This document shows, one piece after another, positions 10,030 to 19,149 of a stretch of DNA of 64,000 nt (positions within the stretch are counted from its first letter, which is position 1; every line of letters starts with the position of its first letter). The notes beneath the pieces are model-generated. The model worked only from the letters and a program-made list of their open reading frames with translations, had not been told where the DNA came from and made no database searches. The stretch covers positions 64,001 to 128,000 of the forward strand of contig CBDBIJ010000022.1 in NCBI GenBank assembly GCA_965205655.1, in the 5' to 3' direction. A program made the translations under genes and the position numbers. The DNA is from Candidatus Latescibacterota bacterium. GTDB lineage: Bacteria; Latescibacterota; UBA2968; UBA8231.

Positions 10030-11018
10030 GCGTAGACCGCGTCTTTGCTCCACATTGCGTATCCGATCCCGGTCGAGAACTCCTCGAACCCGATCTCTTC
10101 ACAAATCTTTCCCAGGCCGTCGTCCGTTGCGGCGACGCTGACGTCGACGATACGGGCCGACTCCTCGCCATTCAGTCTTGCGACCGAATGCGCCAGGAGC
10201 TGACTTCGCAGACGCGGGTGCTCGAGCTCGGGATCGACGCGCGGAAAGGTTACGCTGCTGAACTCGGAGCCGTTCCTGAGTGCGGATGCGGCATACCCGA
10301 CGACGCGTCCGCCCCGCTCGGCGACGAGAAACTCGCTGGATTCCGCTTCCCATTCAGACCGCAGCCCTTCCAGACAACGCTGCTGCCAGGACTTCCCGCC
10401 CAGGAGGCCGAACATGTCTTCGATGATCTTTTCCTTGCTGAACAATGCCATGGGGTCCCGAATGGCGATGTCGCAAATGCGTTCCAGATCACTTGGCTCT
10501 GAGGTCCTTATCGCCGCGTCGCCAGGCTCCGCATCCGGGCTGCCTGCATTCAACAGGTGCTTCCACGTCGAATAGCCCGCCTGCCCCGACACTTCCGTGA
10601 AACCCACCTTCTCGTAGACGCGGCGAGCCGGTCGATCGTGGACCATGGTCGAGACGAAGAGGATTTCATGGGACTCGGCTTCGACCAGCTCGCGGACCAC
10701 CCTTTTTACCAGGAGTGTTCCGATTCCTCGGCCCTGATATTCGGGATCGACTGCATTCGCTCCGATCTGTCTCGTACCGTATTCCTCACAAGCGCAGTGA
10801 CTGCTGTAGCCCGCAACCCCTCCTTCGTCCTCGGCAACGAAAACCTTGTCCAAGTTTTGCTCGCAGAACCTTCGAACCGACGCCGCCTTGTCCTTGACGC
10901 CGCCACCGATGTCATAGCGCTCCTTTATCGCCTGAGCCGCGCAATAGGGCCCAAATGAAAGCTGCGTGATCTCGTAGATCCGATCCAGGTCTCCTGTGAC
11001 AGCTTTCCTGATGTTCAT
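10026..11018 (-). CDS. Tandem-domain GNAT N-acetyltransferase
   Basis: IRKAVTGDL start, VDPEYQGRGIG acetyl-CoA motif, YEKVGF. A second, degenerate GNAT domain follows (IRTSEPSDL...CEEIGF). Confidence 0.85.
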   Translation of the reverse strand: MNIRKAVTGDLDRIYEITQLSFGPYCAAQAIKERYDIGGGVKDKAASVRRFCEQNLDKVFVAEDEGGVAGYSSHCACEEYGTRQIGANAVDPEYQGRGIGTLLVKRVVRELVEAESHEILFVSTMVHDRPARRVYEKVGFTEVSGQAGYSTWKHLLNAGSPDAEPGDAAIRTSEPSDLERICDIAIRDPMALFSKEKIIEDMFGLLGGKSWQQRCLEGLRSEWEAESSEFLVAERGGRVVGYAASALRNGSEFSSVTFPRVDPELEHPRLRSQLLAHSVARLNGEESARIVDVSVAATDDGLGKICEEIGFEEFSTGIGYAMWSKDAVYA

Positions 11019-11055
11019 GATCCGGTTCCGCCTGGCGTCCTCACACCATGAGCCG

Positions 11056-13230
11056 CTAAGTGCGACCTCCACGATGGTCGCGCAGCTGAATCGCCTCGGC
11101 TGCCGTCGACAGCAGCTCGGGAACCCTGAAGGGCTTCTTCAGACAAAAGTCGAAGTGTGCCAGTCGGGGATCGGTCTCGCCGATGTCCCAACCGGTAACC
11201 AGAATCGTGGGCAGCGTTGCGTCTCGCGAGCGCAGGGTCTGCGCCAGTGCATCGCCCGGCAGGCCGGGCATGCCCAGGTCGATCAGTGCGGCATCGAACC
11301 ATCCTGAGTTGAATTCGTCAAGTACGGCCGCGGCGTTGTCGTGGGATGACACCTCGTGTTTGCCCGAAAGGACTTTCACCATGAACTCCCTCGCCGTATC
11401 GTCGTCCTCGACGACGAGCAGTCGACCACTGCGAACCGGCGCCTGTTCCTTCGCCGGCGGCAGCTCGTCATCTTCGGCTGCGACAGGCAGCCTGATTGTG
11501 AACTTGGAACCGATACCCGGTGAGCTCTCGATCTCGACGGATCCCCCCCAACTGTTCACCGTATTATAAACGGTGTACAGTCCAAGTCCCGTGCCGACTG
11601 CCGCTTTCGTCGTAAAGAACGGCTCGAAGATCCGACGCTGCGTGCTGGTGTCCATCCCCACACCCGAGTCTTCCACACTGAGCAGCACGTCTTCACCGTC
11701 TGCCCTGAGGCACAGTGTGAGTGAGCCTCCCTGGGGCATTGCGTCGATGGCGTTGAACAGCAGGTTGAGCAGGACATCGTGGAGTCCCGTTTCAGTCCCC
11801 CGGACGAGGGGTACCGACTCATCTAAGTGCGTGATCATCTTGATCGTCGATCCTTCTGCTTCGGCAGCGTCCTTCCAGCGAGGTCGGGCCGATTCCACGG
11901 CGCGCTTTACCGCCGCTGTCGCCGACACCGCGCCCCCTTCTTCCTCTCTCTTGTGAGGTAGCGCACCGTGCAGCTGACGCACGAGTTCGGCGGCCCGTGT
12001 CGCGGAGAACATGATCGCGTCGATCTGTTTTTTCGCCCCGGGATCCTTGACTTGGTCCTGCAGGATCTCCGCCGGGATGAGTATCCCAAGCAGCATATTG
12101 TTGAGGTTGTGACTGACGCCGGCCGCCATCTCGCCCAGCGCGCGCAGCCGTTCGAGGCGCACCATCTCGCGCTCGGCTTGCGCGAGCTGCTTCAACATGT
12201 CGTTGATCGTCGTCCCCAGATCGGCGAGCTCGTCCGATCCTGATACGGAGACGGCGGCCTCGAGATCCTTCTCTTCGCCGACTTTGCGAACACTTTGGCC
12301 GAGGTCGGCGAGTCTCCTCAGGACTGTGCCCTCGAGGAGCAGCACGGTAACTGCGGCGAAAAAGACGCCTGCCACCGCCACTGCAGTTATCAGGTACCGA
12401 ACTGTGAGCAGCCCCTGCTGGTATATTTCGCGTGTCGTCTCCACGCGCAGTAGGACGGCATCCCGATCGTACAGATCCTTCATGATCGTGTACCCGGCCA
12501 GCCTGGTGTCGCTCAACGGCTGAACATGAATGCGCGATTCCGGGCCCAGTGCCGATCGGGCCTCCTGGTAGTCGGGCTCGAGCGTGCCCTTATCGAGCCG
12601 TTCCCGCGACAATGAAAGCTGAGTGATGGACTGCAGTCGCTCTACCTCGTGATCGTCGAGGTAACGTCCCATGATCACAACGCCTCGGATGGGGCCTTCG
12701 TGTTCGCTGGTCACAATGGGGCGCGCTGCGATGAGCATTGGAGCGTCCGGCAACAGCACGATCCCAGTTCGTTTGCTGAGAGGTTCGGGCAGTCCCAGCA
12801 AACCGGTCTCGGTCAGATGTTCGGAAAAGGAAAGCGGGACCTGGACGCGCTTGTCCGCGCTCAAGTCGTAGCCCTTTTGAAAAACTACCTTGCCTTCCAG
12901 GTCGACTATGGCTATCAGATTGATGCGCAAACTCGCTACGGCGAGTGTCGCGTCCACCAGGTTGGACTCTATGAACTCTTCGTTCGCATCGACGACGAAT
13001 TCGTAGGTGTCATCCCAGCCGGACCAATCGATTGCCGTCCTGCTGAGGTAGCTTATCTCCGCTTCGATGGCCGCAACAGCCTGCCGTACCTGCCGCTCGG
13101 CAGCCTCCCTCTCGACTTGACGGAATCCATCCAGAAGGATGGTTTGTCCCAATGCGTACAGACTGGCCACGAGTGCCAGTGTTGTGAGGGCGACGATCAG
13201 AAGCGTTTTCTGACGCAGACTCATGGTCAT
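11056..13230 (-). CDS. Hybrid sensor histidine kinase (CHASE4-HAMP-HisKA-HATPase-REC)
   Basis: Two TM helices around a DWSGWDDTYEF sensor. HAMP GSDELADLG. H-box GVSHNLNN. N/G boxes NAIDAM, DSGVGM, FEPFFTTK, GTGLGL. Receiver VVEDD...LIDLGMPG...KKP. Confidence 0.93.
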   Translation of the reverse strand: MTMSLRQKTLLIVALTTLALVASLYALGQTILLDGFRQVEREAAERQVRQAVAAIEAEISYLSRTAIDWSGWDDTYEFVVDANEEFIESNLVDATLAVASLRINLIAIVDLEGKVVFQKGYDLSADKRVQVPLSFSEHLTETGLLGLPEPLSKRTGIVLLPDAPMLIAARPIVTSEHEGPIRGVVIMGRYLDDHEVERLQSITQLSLSRERLDKGTLEPDYQEARSALGPESRIHVQPLSDTRLAGYTIMKDLYDRDAVLLRVETTREIYQQGLLTVRYLITAVAVAGVFFAAVTVLLLEGTVLRRLADLGQSVRKVGEEKDLEAAVSVSGSDELADLGTTINDMLKQLAQAEREMVRLERLRALGEMAAGVSHNLNNMLLGILIPAEILQDQVKDPGAKKQIDAIMFSATRAAELVRQLHGALPHKREEEGGAVSATAAVKRAVESARPRWKDAAEAEGSTIKMITHLDESVPLVRGTETGLHDVLLNLLFNAIDAMPQGGSLTLCLRADGEDVLLSVEDSGVGMDTSTQRRIFEPFFTTKAAVGTGLGLYTVYNTVNSWGGSVEIESSPGIGSKFTIRLPVAAEDDELPPAKEQAPVRSGRLLVVEDDDTAREFMVKVLSGKHEVSSHDNAAAVLDEFNSGWFDAALIDLGMPGLPGDALAQTLRSRDATLPTILVTGWDIGETDPRLAHFDFCLKKPFRVPELLSTAAEAIQLRDHRGGRT

Positions 13231-13399
13231 CTCGAGATTTGGGAGCGGCGAATGTATCCGGTTTGATCACACCTGTCCAGATTCACCCGAGTTCCTCCGG
13301 CGAGTCGAACTTGGCGTCCGGCGAAGATGATGTACCTTTGAATCTCATGCTTTCGAGCGCCCCTCTCAACATACGGTCCGTCGACCGCGAGCCGCCCGA

Positions 13400-13703
13400 A
13401 TGTCTGAATCCACTCCACAGATTGTCTCGATAAACAAGATCTGGGATCACGGCACCCACAACGCCTTCACCGATCTCCTCCGCGTTACCGACCGGTGGCG
13501 GCCGGCACGAGGACGGAGGTCGCGCCATGGTCCTGGCGCGCATGACGAAGGACAGCTACGAGCCGGTGTTGGGCTTGCCGAGCGGGGGCGATTGCAGCTA
13601 CCCCGGCATGGTCGTGTACGACGGTCTTCTCTGGATGAGCTACTACTCCTCTCACGAGGGCAAGACCAGCATCTACCTGGCGCGCATCCGGTGTAATCGA
13701 TGA
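13400..13703 (+). pseudogene. Collapsed remnant of a sialidase-like beta-propeller gene
   Basis: N-terminus IVSINKIWDHGTHNAFTDLLR is joined, in another frame, to C-terminus LPSGGDCSYPGMVVYDGLLWMSYYSSHEGKTSIYLARIRCNR*. The stop overlaps the next ATG (ATGA). Confidence 0.75.
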
Positions 13704-14824
13704 CTACATCTCTGTGGCAGGACGCGCCCGAGCCGATTCGAGCGGAACACGACGACGTGGTCATCGGAGCCGGCATCGTCGGCTCCTACGCCGCCACCGT
13801 GCTGGGGCAGCGCGGCCGGGACGTGGCTCTCGTCGACGCGCGCTTTCCCGCCGCTGGCGCTTCGGGCCGCAACGCCGGCTTCGTGCTGACCTCTCAGCGC
13901 GAGCACTATCCGGTGCTCATCGAGCAAGTCGGTCACGACGGCGCGCGCGAGATTTTAACTATGGTGCGAGACAACGTGGCGCGCATGCGCGCGCTGGCAG
14001 TTGAGTACGGCATTCCCATTGACGAAGGGGCCGTCTATCTGGCAGAAAACCGGGCCGAGGCGCGGGAACTGGAAGAATGGGCCCGGGCTTACGAGGCGGA
14101 TGGCGTGCCGCTGGAATTCGGCGAGGGCGACCCTTACGGTGCGGGCTTCACGGCGAGCATGAGAGTCGAGAACGATTTTGGGGTCCAGCCGGCCAGGCTC
14201 ACCGAAGCCATTGCCGCGGCGTCCGGCGCAACGCTCTACGACCACAACGAAGTCCACACTCTCGCAACGGCCGACGACCATCTCCTGGTGGTGGGGCGTC
14301 GCGCCCACATACGCTGCCGGCGGGTCTTTGTCGCCACCAATGGCTACACCGGTAATCTGCATCCCTACCTGCATGGCCTTGTGCGTCCGTTGCGCGGACA
14401 GATCCTGATGACCACCCCGGTGGAGCCGCTGATGGACGTGGGCGGCATCACCGAATACAACTACTTTCGCCAGTTCGAGAACGGTCAGGTGTTGCTGGGC
14501 GGATCTCGCATCTTCTTCGAGGAACAGGAGTACACGGCAGAGGATGTCACCACACCCAATCTTCTCGAGCACCTGAAGGCCTACTTGCGCCGCTGGTTCG
14601 CCGGTATCGACTTCGAGGTAGAGCGCCACTGGGCCGGCATCCACGGCTTCACCACCGACCGCCGCGCCGCTGTCGGCCTCATTCCGGGCGAGCCGCGCAT
14701 CGCCTTCGCCCTGGGCTTCAGTGGCTACGGCAATTCCATCGGGCTGCTGTCAGCCGAGCGCATGGTAGAGCTGGCGCTCGACGGCCGCGACCCCGGACCG
14801 TTGTCGGCGATGCGGTTCGCCTGA
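13700..14824 (+). CDS. FAD-dependent oxidoreductase (DAO / PuuB-like)
   Basis: VVIGAGIVG dinucleotide motif, GASGRNAG, VATNGY, HWAGIHG, GFSGYG. Confidence 0.9.
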   Translation: MTTSLWQDAPEPIRAEHDDVVIGAGIVGSYAATVLGQRGRDVALVDARFPAAGASGRNAGFVLTSQREHYPVLIEQVGHDGAREILTMVRDNVARMRALAVEYGIPIDEGAVYLAENRAEARELEEWARAYEADGVPLEFGEGDPYGAGFTASMRVENDFGVQPARLTEAIAAASGATLYDHNEVHTLATADDHLLVVGRRAHIRCRRVFVATNGYTGNLHPYLHGLVRPLRGQILMTTPVEPLMDVGGITEYNYFRQFENGQVLLGGSRIFFEEQEYTAEDVTTPNLLEHLKAYLRRWFAGIDFEVERHWAGIHGFTTDRRAAVGLIPGEPRIAFALGFSGYGNSIGLLSAERMVELALDGRDPGPLSAMRFA

Positions 14825-14912
14825 GGAGTGTGGCTGACCGTTCGCACGGCGGCGACTGGATCGGTAGTTTACCTGCGGATTCGGGACAAAACCCTGAAGG
14901 AGGGCCGCTGCG

Positions 14913-15878
14913 ATGACCCCGGAACAGATCCTATCTCACCCAGCTCAGATACTGACAGATGAACAGCGCCGCTACTACTTCGAGAACGGCTATTTGCTGG
15001 TCGAGCGCATCGTGCCGCAGCAGTGGGTTGAACGGTTGATCGCGGTCACTGAGGAGATGGTCGATCGCAGCCGCTCGCTGGAACAATCGGACGCCATTTT
15101 CGATCTCGAGCCGGGACACACGGCCGAGGAGCCGCGGTTGCGCCGCCTGACCAGCCCGGTCGAGCACCACCAGACCTACTGGGAGTTTGCTTCGCAATCC
15201 ATCATCGCCGACATCGCCGCCGATCTGGTCGGTCCCGACGTCAAGTACCACCATTCGAAGTTGAACTTCAAATGGGCAGCCGGCGGTGAAGAGGTGAAGT
15301 GGCATCAGGATATCGGCTACTGGCCGCACACGAACTACAGTCCGCTGACCATCGGCACTTATCTGCACGACGTCGGCGACGACCAGGGGCCGTTGGGTGC
15401 CATCGCCGGCAGTCACAACGGCCCGCTCTACGATCAGTACTCGAACGGCAAATGGGTTGGTTGCTTGAGCGAGGAAGATGCGAGGGGAATCGACGCGAGC
15501 AAGGTCGAATACCTGGCTGGTCCGGCTGGCTCGATCACCATTCACCACTGCCGCGTCATTCACGGCTCAAGGCCGAACCTGTCGGACGCGGGACGGCCTC
15601 TCCTGCTGAACGTCTACTCGTCGGCGGATGCGTTCACCTATACCGCCAACCCCTTGCCGAGCCGCTACGAGGGAGAGGTCGTTCGCGGCCGGCCGGCGCG
15701 CTGGGCCCATCACGACGAGCGGCCCTGTCTGGTGCCGCCCGATTGGTCGGGAGGCTACACCTCACTTTACGCCTTGCAGCAGCAGGAGGAGTGGGACGAA
15801 GGGCAGCTGGAGACCGTGTCCAGGCAGACGCGGCAAATGCGGGGGGACGATACCGTGCGGCCGGCGAACGGTCCCTGA
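14913..15878 (+). CDS. Phytanoyl-CoA dioxygenase (PhyH) family Fe(II)/2OG enzyme
   Basis: YFENGYL, WHQD, GSH, GSITIHHCRVIHGSRPN...R. Confidence 0.9.
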   Translation: MTPEQILSHPAQILTDEQRRYYFENGYLLVERIVPQQWVERLIAVTEEMVDRSRSLEQSDAIFDLEPGHTAEEPRLRRLTSPVEHHQTYWEFASQSIIADIAADLVGPDVKYHHSKLNFKWAAGGEEVKWHQDIGYWPHTNYSPLTIGTYLHDVGDDQGPLGAIAGSHNGPLYDQYSNGKWVGCLSEEDARGIDASKVEYLAGPAGSITIHHCRVIHGSRPNLSDAGRPLLLNVYSSADAFTYTANPLPSRYEGEVVRGRPARWAHHDERPCLVPPDWSGGYTSLYALQQQEEWDEGQLETVSRQTRQMRGDDTVRPANGP

Positions 15879-15900
15879 CGGGCCGCGCGTCACGAGCGTG

Positions 15901-16785
15901 TCAGAGGGTTACGGAGGGTCGGGGCCGGTGCGGTTCGGAAACCGATTCGTCTTCGAAGAAGCGGGCCCAATCGCGATAGTAATCGGTAGCTACCTTTTCT
16001 GGCTGTGCCTTGCTGCGTGCCACGAAGCCTGGGTGGTTCCGGCCGGAGGGGGCGGTCAGGTCGCTGAAGCGAATATCGATGCTCCAGCGCACCGTGTCGG
16101 TCGTGTTCGGCAGGCTCCGGTGTGCCGTTTCCTTGTGGAACAACAGTGCGCCGCCCAGCTCGATGGGGCAGTCGACGATGTCGCTCTCTGAATAGTGCTC
16201 TTCCCCGACACGAACCCTATCAAGGTTCTCGAGAATGCCCCACTTGTGGCTGCCGCGCACGAACTGCATAGCACCCATCTCCCGGGTCACGTCCAACAGC
16301 GGCATCCAGCAGTTCACCATGCGCGTGTCGTGAGAATCCTCGGTGAGAAGGCCGCCATCCTGGTGAAAGTAGTCGTCGGCGATCTCGGGGAATTGCTGCT
16401 GAAAAGCCATCTTCGAACGCACGGCGAATTGGGGGTGGGCGAGGATTTCGGGTCCTATGAGATCCTCGACAACGTCGAGCAGGACGGGCTGGGTCCACAG
16501 CTGAAACACGGCATCCGTCTTCAGGCGTTTGCCGCCGGTAACTGCCGTCTTCATTTCCTGAGGGTCGACGGCGGCCTCGCACAGCTTGGTCAAGCGATAT
16601 TCGAACGCCAGATCAGCAAACGTATCGGGCACCTTGCCGGCGGCATGAAATTTCCGCGCCTCGAACTCGACGATATCGGCCAGCTCCTGCCTCAACGGGG
16701 CGGATGCCTCCGCGGGCAGCAGGCCGGGAAGGGCGAGAAAACCTTCGTCCTCGAACTGCTGAACCTGGGTGTCAGAAAGGCGCAT
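15901..16785 (-). CDS. PhyH family Fe(II)/2OG dioxygenase
   Basis: FEDEGFL, FHQD, NCWMPL, GSHKWG, HRSLPNTTDTVRWSIDIR. Confidence 0.9.
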   Translation of the reverse strand: MRLSDTQVQQFEDEGFLALPGLLPAEASAPLRQELADIVEFEARKFHAAGKVPDTFADLAFEYRLTKLCEAAVDPQEMKTAVTGGKRLKTDAVFQLWTQPVLLDVVEDLIGPEILAHPQFAVRSKMAFQQQFPEIADDYFHQDGGLLTEDSHDTRMVNCWMPLLDVTREMGAMQFVRGSHKWGILENLDRVRVGEEHYSESDIVDCPIELGGALLFHKETAHRSLPNTTDTVRWSIDIRFSDLTAPSGRNHPGFVARSKAQPEKVATDYYRDWARFFEDESVSEPHRPRPSVTL

Positions 16786-16900
16786 TTGGGGTTCCTTTGT
16801 TAGCGGTCTGCGCTAATATAGCTATCCGGTAGACCGAGAGCACACTGACAACGCGAATCGGTGTTCGCGACGCTGGCACAATTCCCGGGCAGGCCCGAGT

Positions 16901-18358
16901 ATGACCGCTAAACCCAACATCCTGCTCATCCTTACGGATGAGCATTCCGCCTCCGCCCTCGGTTGCTACGGGCACCCGTTTCTGCGGACCCCGGCAATCG
17001 ATTCGCTCGCTCGCGATGGCGTTCTGTTCGAGCGGGCCTACTGCAACTCACCCATCAGCGCGCCGTCGCGCCACTCGTTCCTGAGCGGCCGATATACGTG
17101 GCGCACGGATTCGTGGCACAACGGGTCGCTCCCGCCAACACATCTCCCGAGCATTGCCAGCCACTTGCGCGATCACGGCTACTACACTGCCGCGATGGGC
17201 AAGATGCACTTTGTGGGGCCGGACCAGCACTGGGGGTTCGAACATCGCCCTTATGGCGACTTTCTTGGCGAAGGACACCAGCCAGATCCGATCGGACTTG
17301 CGCCGCGGCTACCACTGTTGCCCGTCGGGCCTGCAGAAATCCCGGAAGCGGAAATGCAGAAGTCGATCGTCAACCGACTGGGTATCGAGTTTCTGCGCAG
17401 CTACGACCGCAGTGAGCCATTCTGCCTGCTCCTGTCGTACAACCGGCCACATCACCCCCTGCGCCCGCCGCAGCGCTACTGGAACAGCTACTTCCCCGAT
17501 CACGCCGACATACCCGATTGGGGCCCCAACTTTCCCGACCGCCTCCATCCGTACATGGAACACCAGCGGAAGTGGTATGGCTTCGACAAGCTTGACGAGC
17601 GGGATTTTCGCGCCGCTCGCGCCGCCTACTACGCCTGTGTCAGCTTTGTGGACGACAAAATCGCCGACGTCATTCACACCGTGGACGAACTCGGCTTGAG
17701 AGACGACACGGTCATCATCTACTGGTCGGATCACGGGGAGATGAATGGCGAGCAGGGCCGCGTGTGGAAGTCGAACTTCTTTGAGCCCTCCATGCGCGTG
17801 CCGCTCGTCTTCAGTTGTCCGAAATTGTTGCCGCACGGAAAACGAGTCTCGGAGTTGGTCGAGTTAGTAGACCTTTTCCCAACCATCGCCGAACTGGCCG
17901 GAACTCCTGTCCCTGCCGACCCGGACGGGCGCAGCCTTGTGCCGCTCATGATGTCCGGCGACACTTCCGGACGCAAAGGATACGTGCTGGCCGACCACTG
18001 CTCGCACAGCGTCCCCGCACCGCAGCGCATGATTCGCACCGACGAGTGGAAGTACATCCTCTATCTCGACGCGCGGCCAAGCCTCTACAACCTCGTGGAG
18101 GACCCGAACGAGTTTTACGATCGGGGCAATGACCCCGGCACTCAGAGTATTCGAGGCGAACTCGAGGAAATGTTGTATTTGGATTGGGACGAGGCCCGAG
18201 TGCGAGGAAATTTCGTCTACAGCCCGTCACCCGAGCAGGCGCAGGGCCGGCCGCTGTTTGGAACGCCCAATCAGTATCTCGACACTGAGGGCCAGTACAC
18301 AAATGCCGAGACGTTCTACGGCGATGTTGACTGGTCGAAAGCGGCGGGCAAAGTGTAG
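16901..18358 (+). CDS. Sulfatase (choline-sulfatase-like), Ser-type signature
   Basis: PNILLILTDEH, TPAIDSLA, SAPSRHSFLSG, GKMHF, PHHP, SDHGE, RVPL. Confidence 0.92.
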   Translation: MTAKPNILLILTDEHSASALGCYGHPFLRTPAIDSLARDGVLFERAYCNSPISAPSRHSFLSGRYTWRTDSWHNGSLPPTHLPSIASHLRDHGYYTAAMGKMHFVGPDQHWGFEHRPYGDFLGEGHQPDPIGLAPRLPLLPVGPAEIPEAEMQKSIVNRLGIEFLRSYDRSEPFCLLLSYNRPHHPLRPPQRYWNSYFPDHADIPDWGPNFPDRLHPYMEHQRKWYGFDKLDERDFRAARAAYYACVSFVDDKIADVIHTVDELGLRDDTVIIYWSDHGEMNGEQGRVWKSNFFEPSMRVPLVFSCPKLLPHGKRVSELVELVDLFPTIAELAGTPVPADPDGRSLVPLMMSGDTSGRKGYVLADHCSHSVPAPQRMIRTDEWKYILYLDARPSLYNLVEDPNEFYDRGNDPGTQSIRGELEEMLYLDWDEARVRGNFVYSPSPEQAQGRPLFGTPNQYLDTEGQYTNAETFYGDVDWSKAAGKV

Positions 18359-18491
18359 CGATCGAAGACGACCTGCCCTTCGAATCGCCGCGGCAACCCG
18401 GTGCGCCCAAGGCAGATACGGTTGCGCCCACGCCGCCAGAGCTTTACTTATTCGACAACGCTCTGAGTCTCAACCGAGGATAATTCCTCTC

Positions 18492-18812
18492 ATGGTTATC
18501 GGAATCGCCCTCGTCGTCGCCGTCGGATTGCTCGCCATGTGCCTTCGCGTATGGACGGAGTTCGGCCAGCGTTCGCGCCAGCTGCAGGCGGAGGTCGACC
18601 ACAACAAACGACTCATCGAGGAGCACACGGAGAAGCTGGAATCTGTGCGCGCGAAGATCGAGGAAGTCAAGGAGGAGACGGAGTCGTTGTTGAAGGAACG
18701 GGGCGGCCTCGAGACCGACGTCATACAGCAGCGCGAACAGGTGACCCAGCTGGAACAGCGGGTGGAGCGAACCCGACCGAAGTCGCATCGCGTCGACAAG
18801 GACGATACGTAG
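18492..18812 (+). CDS. Small single-TM coiled-coil protein
   Basis: MVIGIALVVAVGLLAMCL hydrophobic helix, then about 80 aa rich in E/K/Q/L heptads. GAGGA upstream. Confidence 0.65.
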   Translation: MVIGIALVVAVGLLAMCLRVWTEFGQRSRQLQAEVDHNKRLIEEHTEKLESVRAKIEEVKEETESLLKERGGLETDVIQQREQVTQLEQRVERTRPKSHRVDKDDT

Positions 18813-18823
18813 GATCTCTCCGA

Positions 18824-19120
18824 ATGGTCGAGATCAGCATCTCTGCCGCCGTGGGAACGCTCGTGGCGTTCGTGTTCCTGAAGGGGTACATCAACAAAAC
18901 TCTGGGCCAGCTGCGCCATGAGTGCAGCAGTCTGATGACGGAGGAACGAGAGCTGAAACGGGAGCGGGAACAGGAAGAGATTCTGGTCGAGAGCGCCGAG
19001 GCGAGACGATACCAGACGCAATACGAGGTCGAGAAACACACCGCAGAGCTGGAGGATCTGGCCGACCAGGCGAAGAAGTTCGAGCAGGAACTGGGCCGGG
19101 GGCATGCCGAAGGCGAATAA
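18824..19120 (+). CDS. Small single-TM coiled-coil protein
   Basis: MVEISISAAVGTLVAFVFL, then a Glu-rich heptad region. Begins 11 bp after the previous gene. Confidence 0.65.
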   Translation: MVEISISAAVGTLVAFVFLKGYINKTLGQLRHECSSLMTEERELKREREQEEILVESAEARRYQTQYEVEKHTAELEDLADQAKKFEQELGRGHAEGE

Positions 19121-19149
19121 GAGACGCGGGCGATCCCGGGTCGAGCCCG

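Noticed and set aside
13227..13418. Small ORFs between the kinase and the sialidase remnant
   Set aside because: No RBS or recognisable motifs. The region is best explained as a divergent promoter interval.
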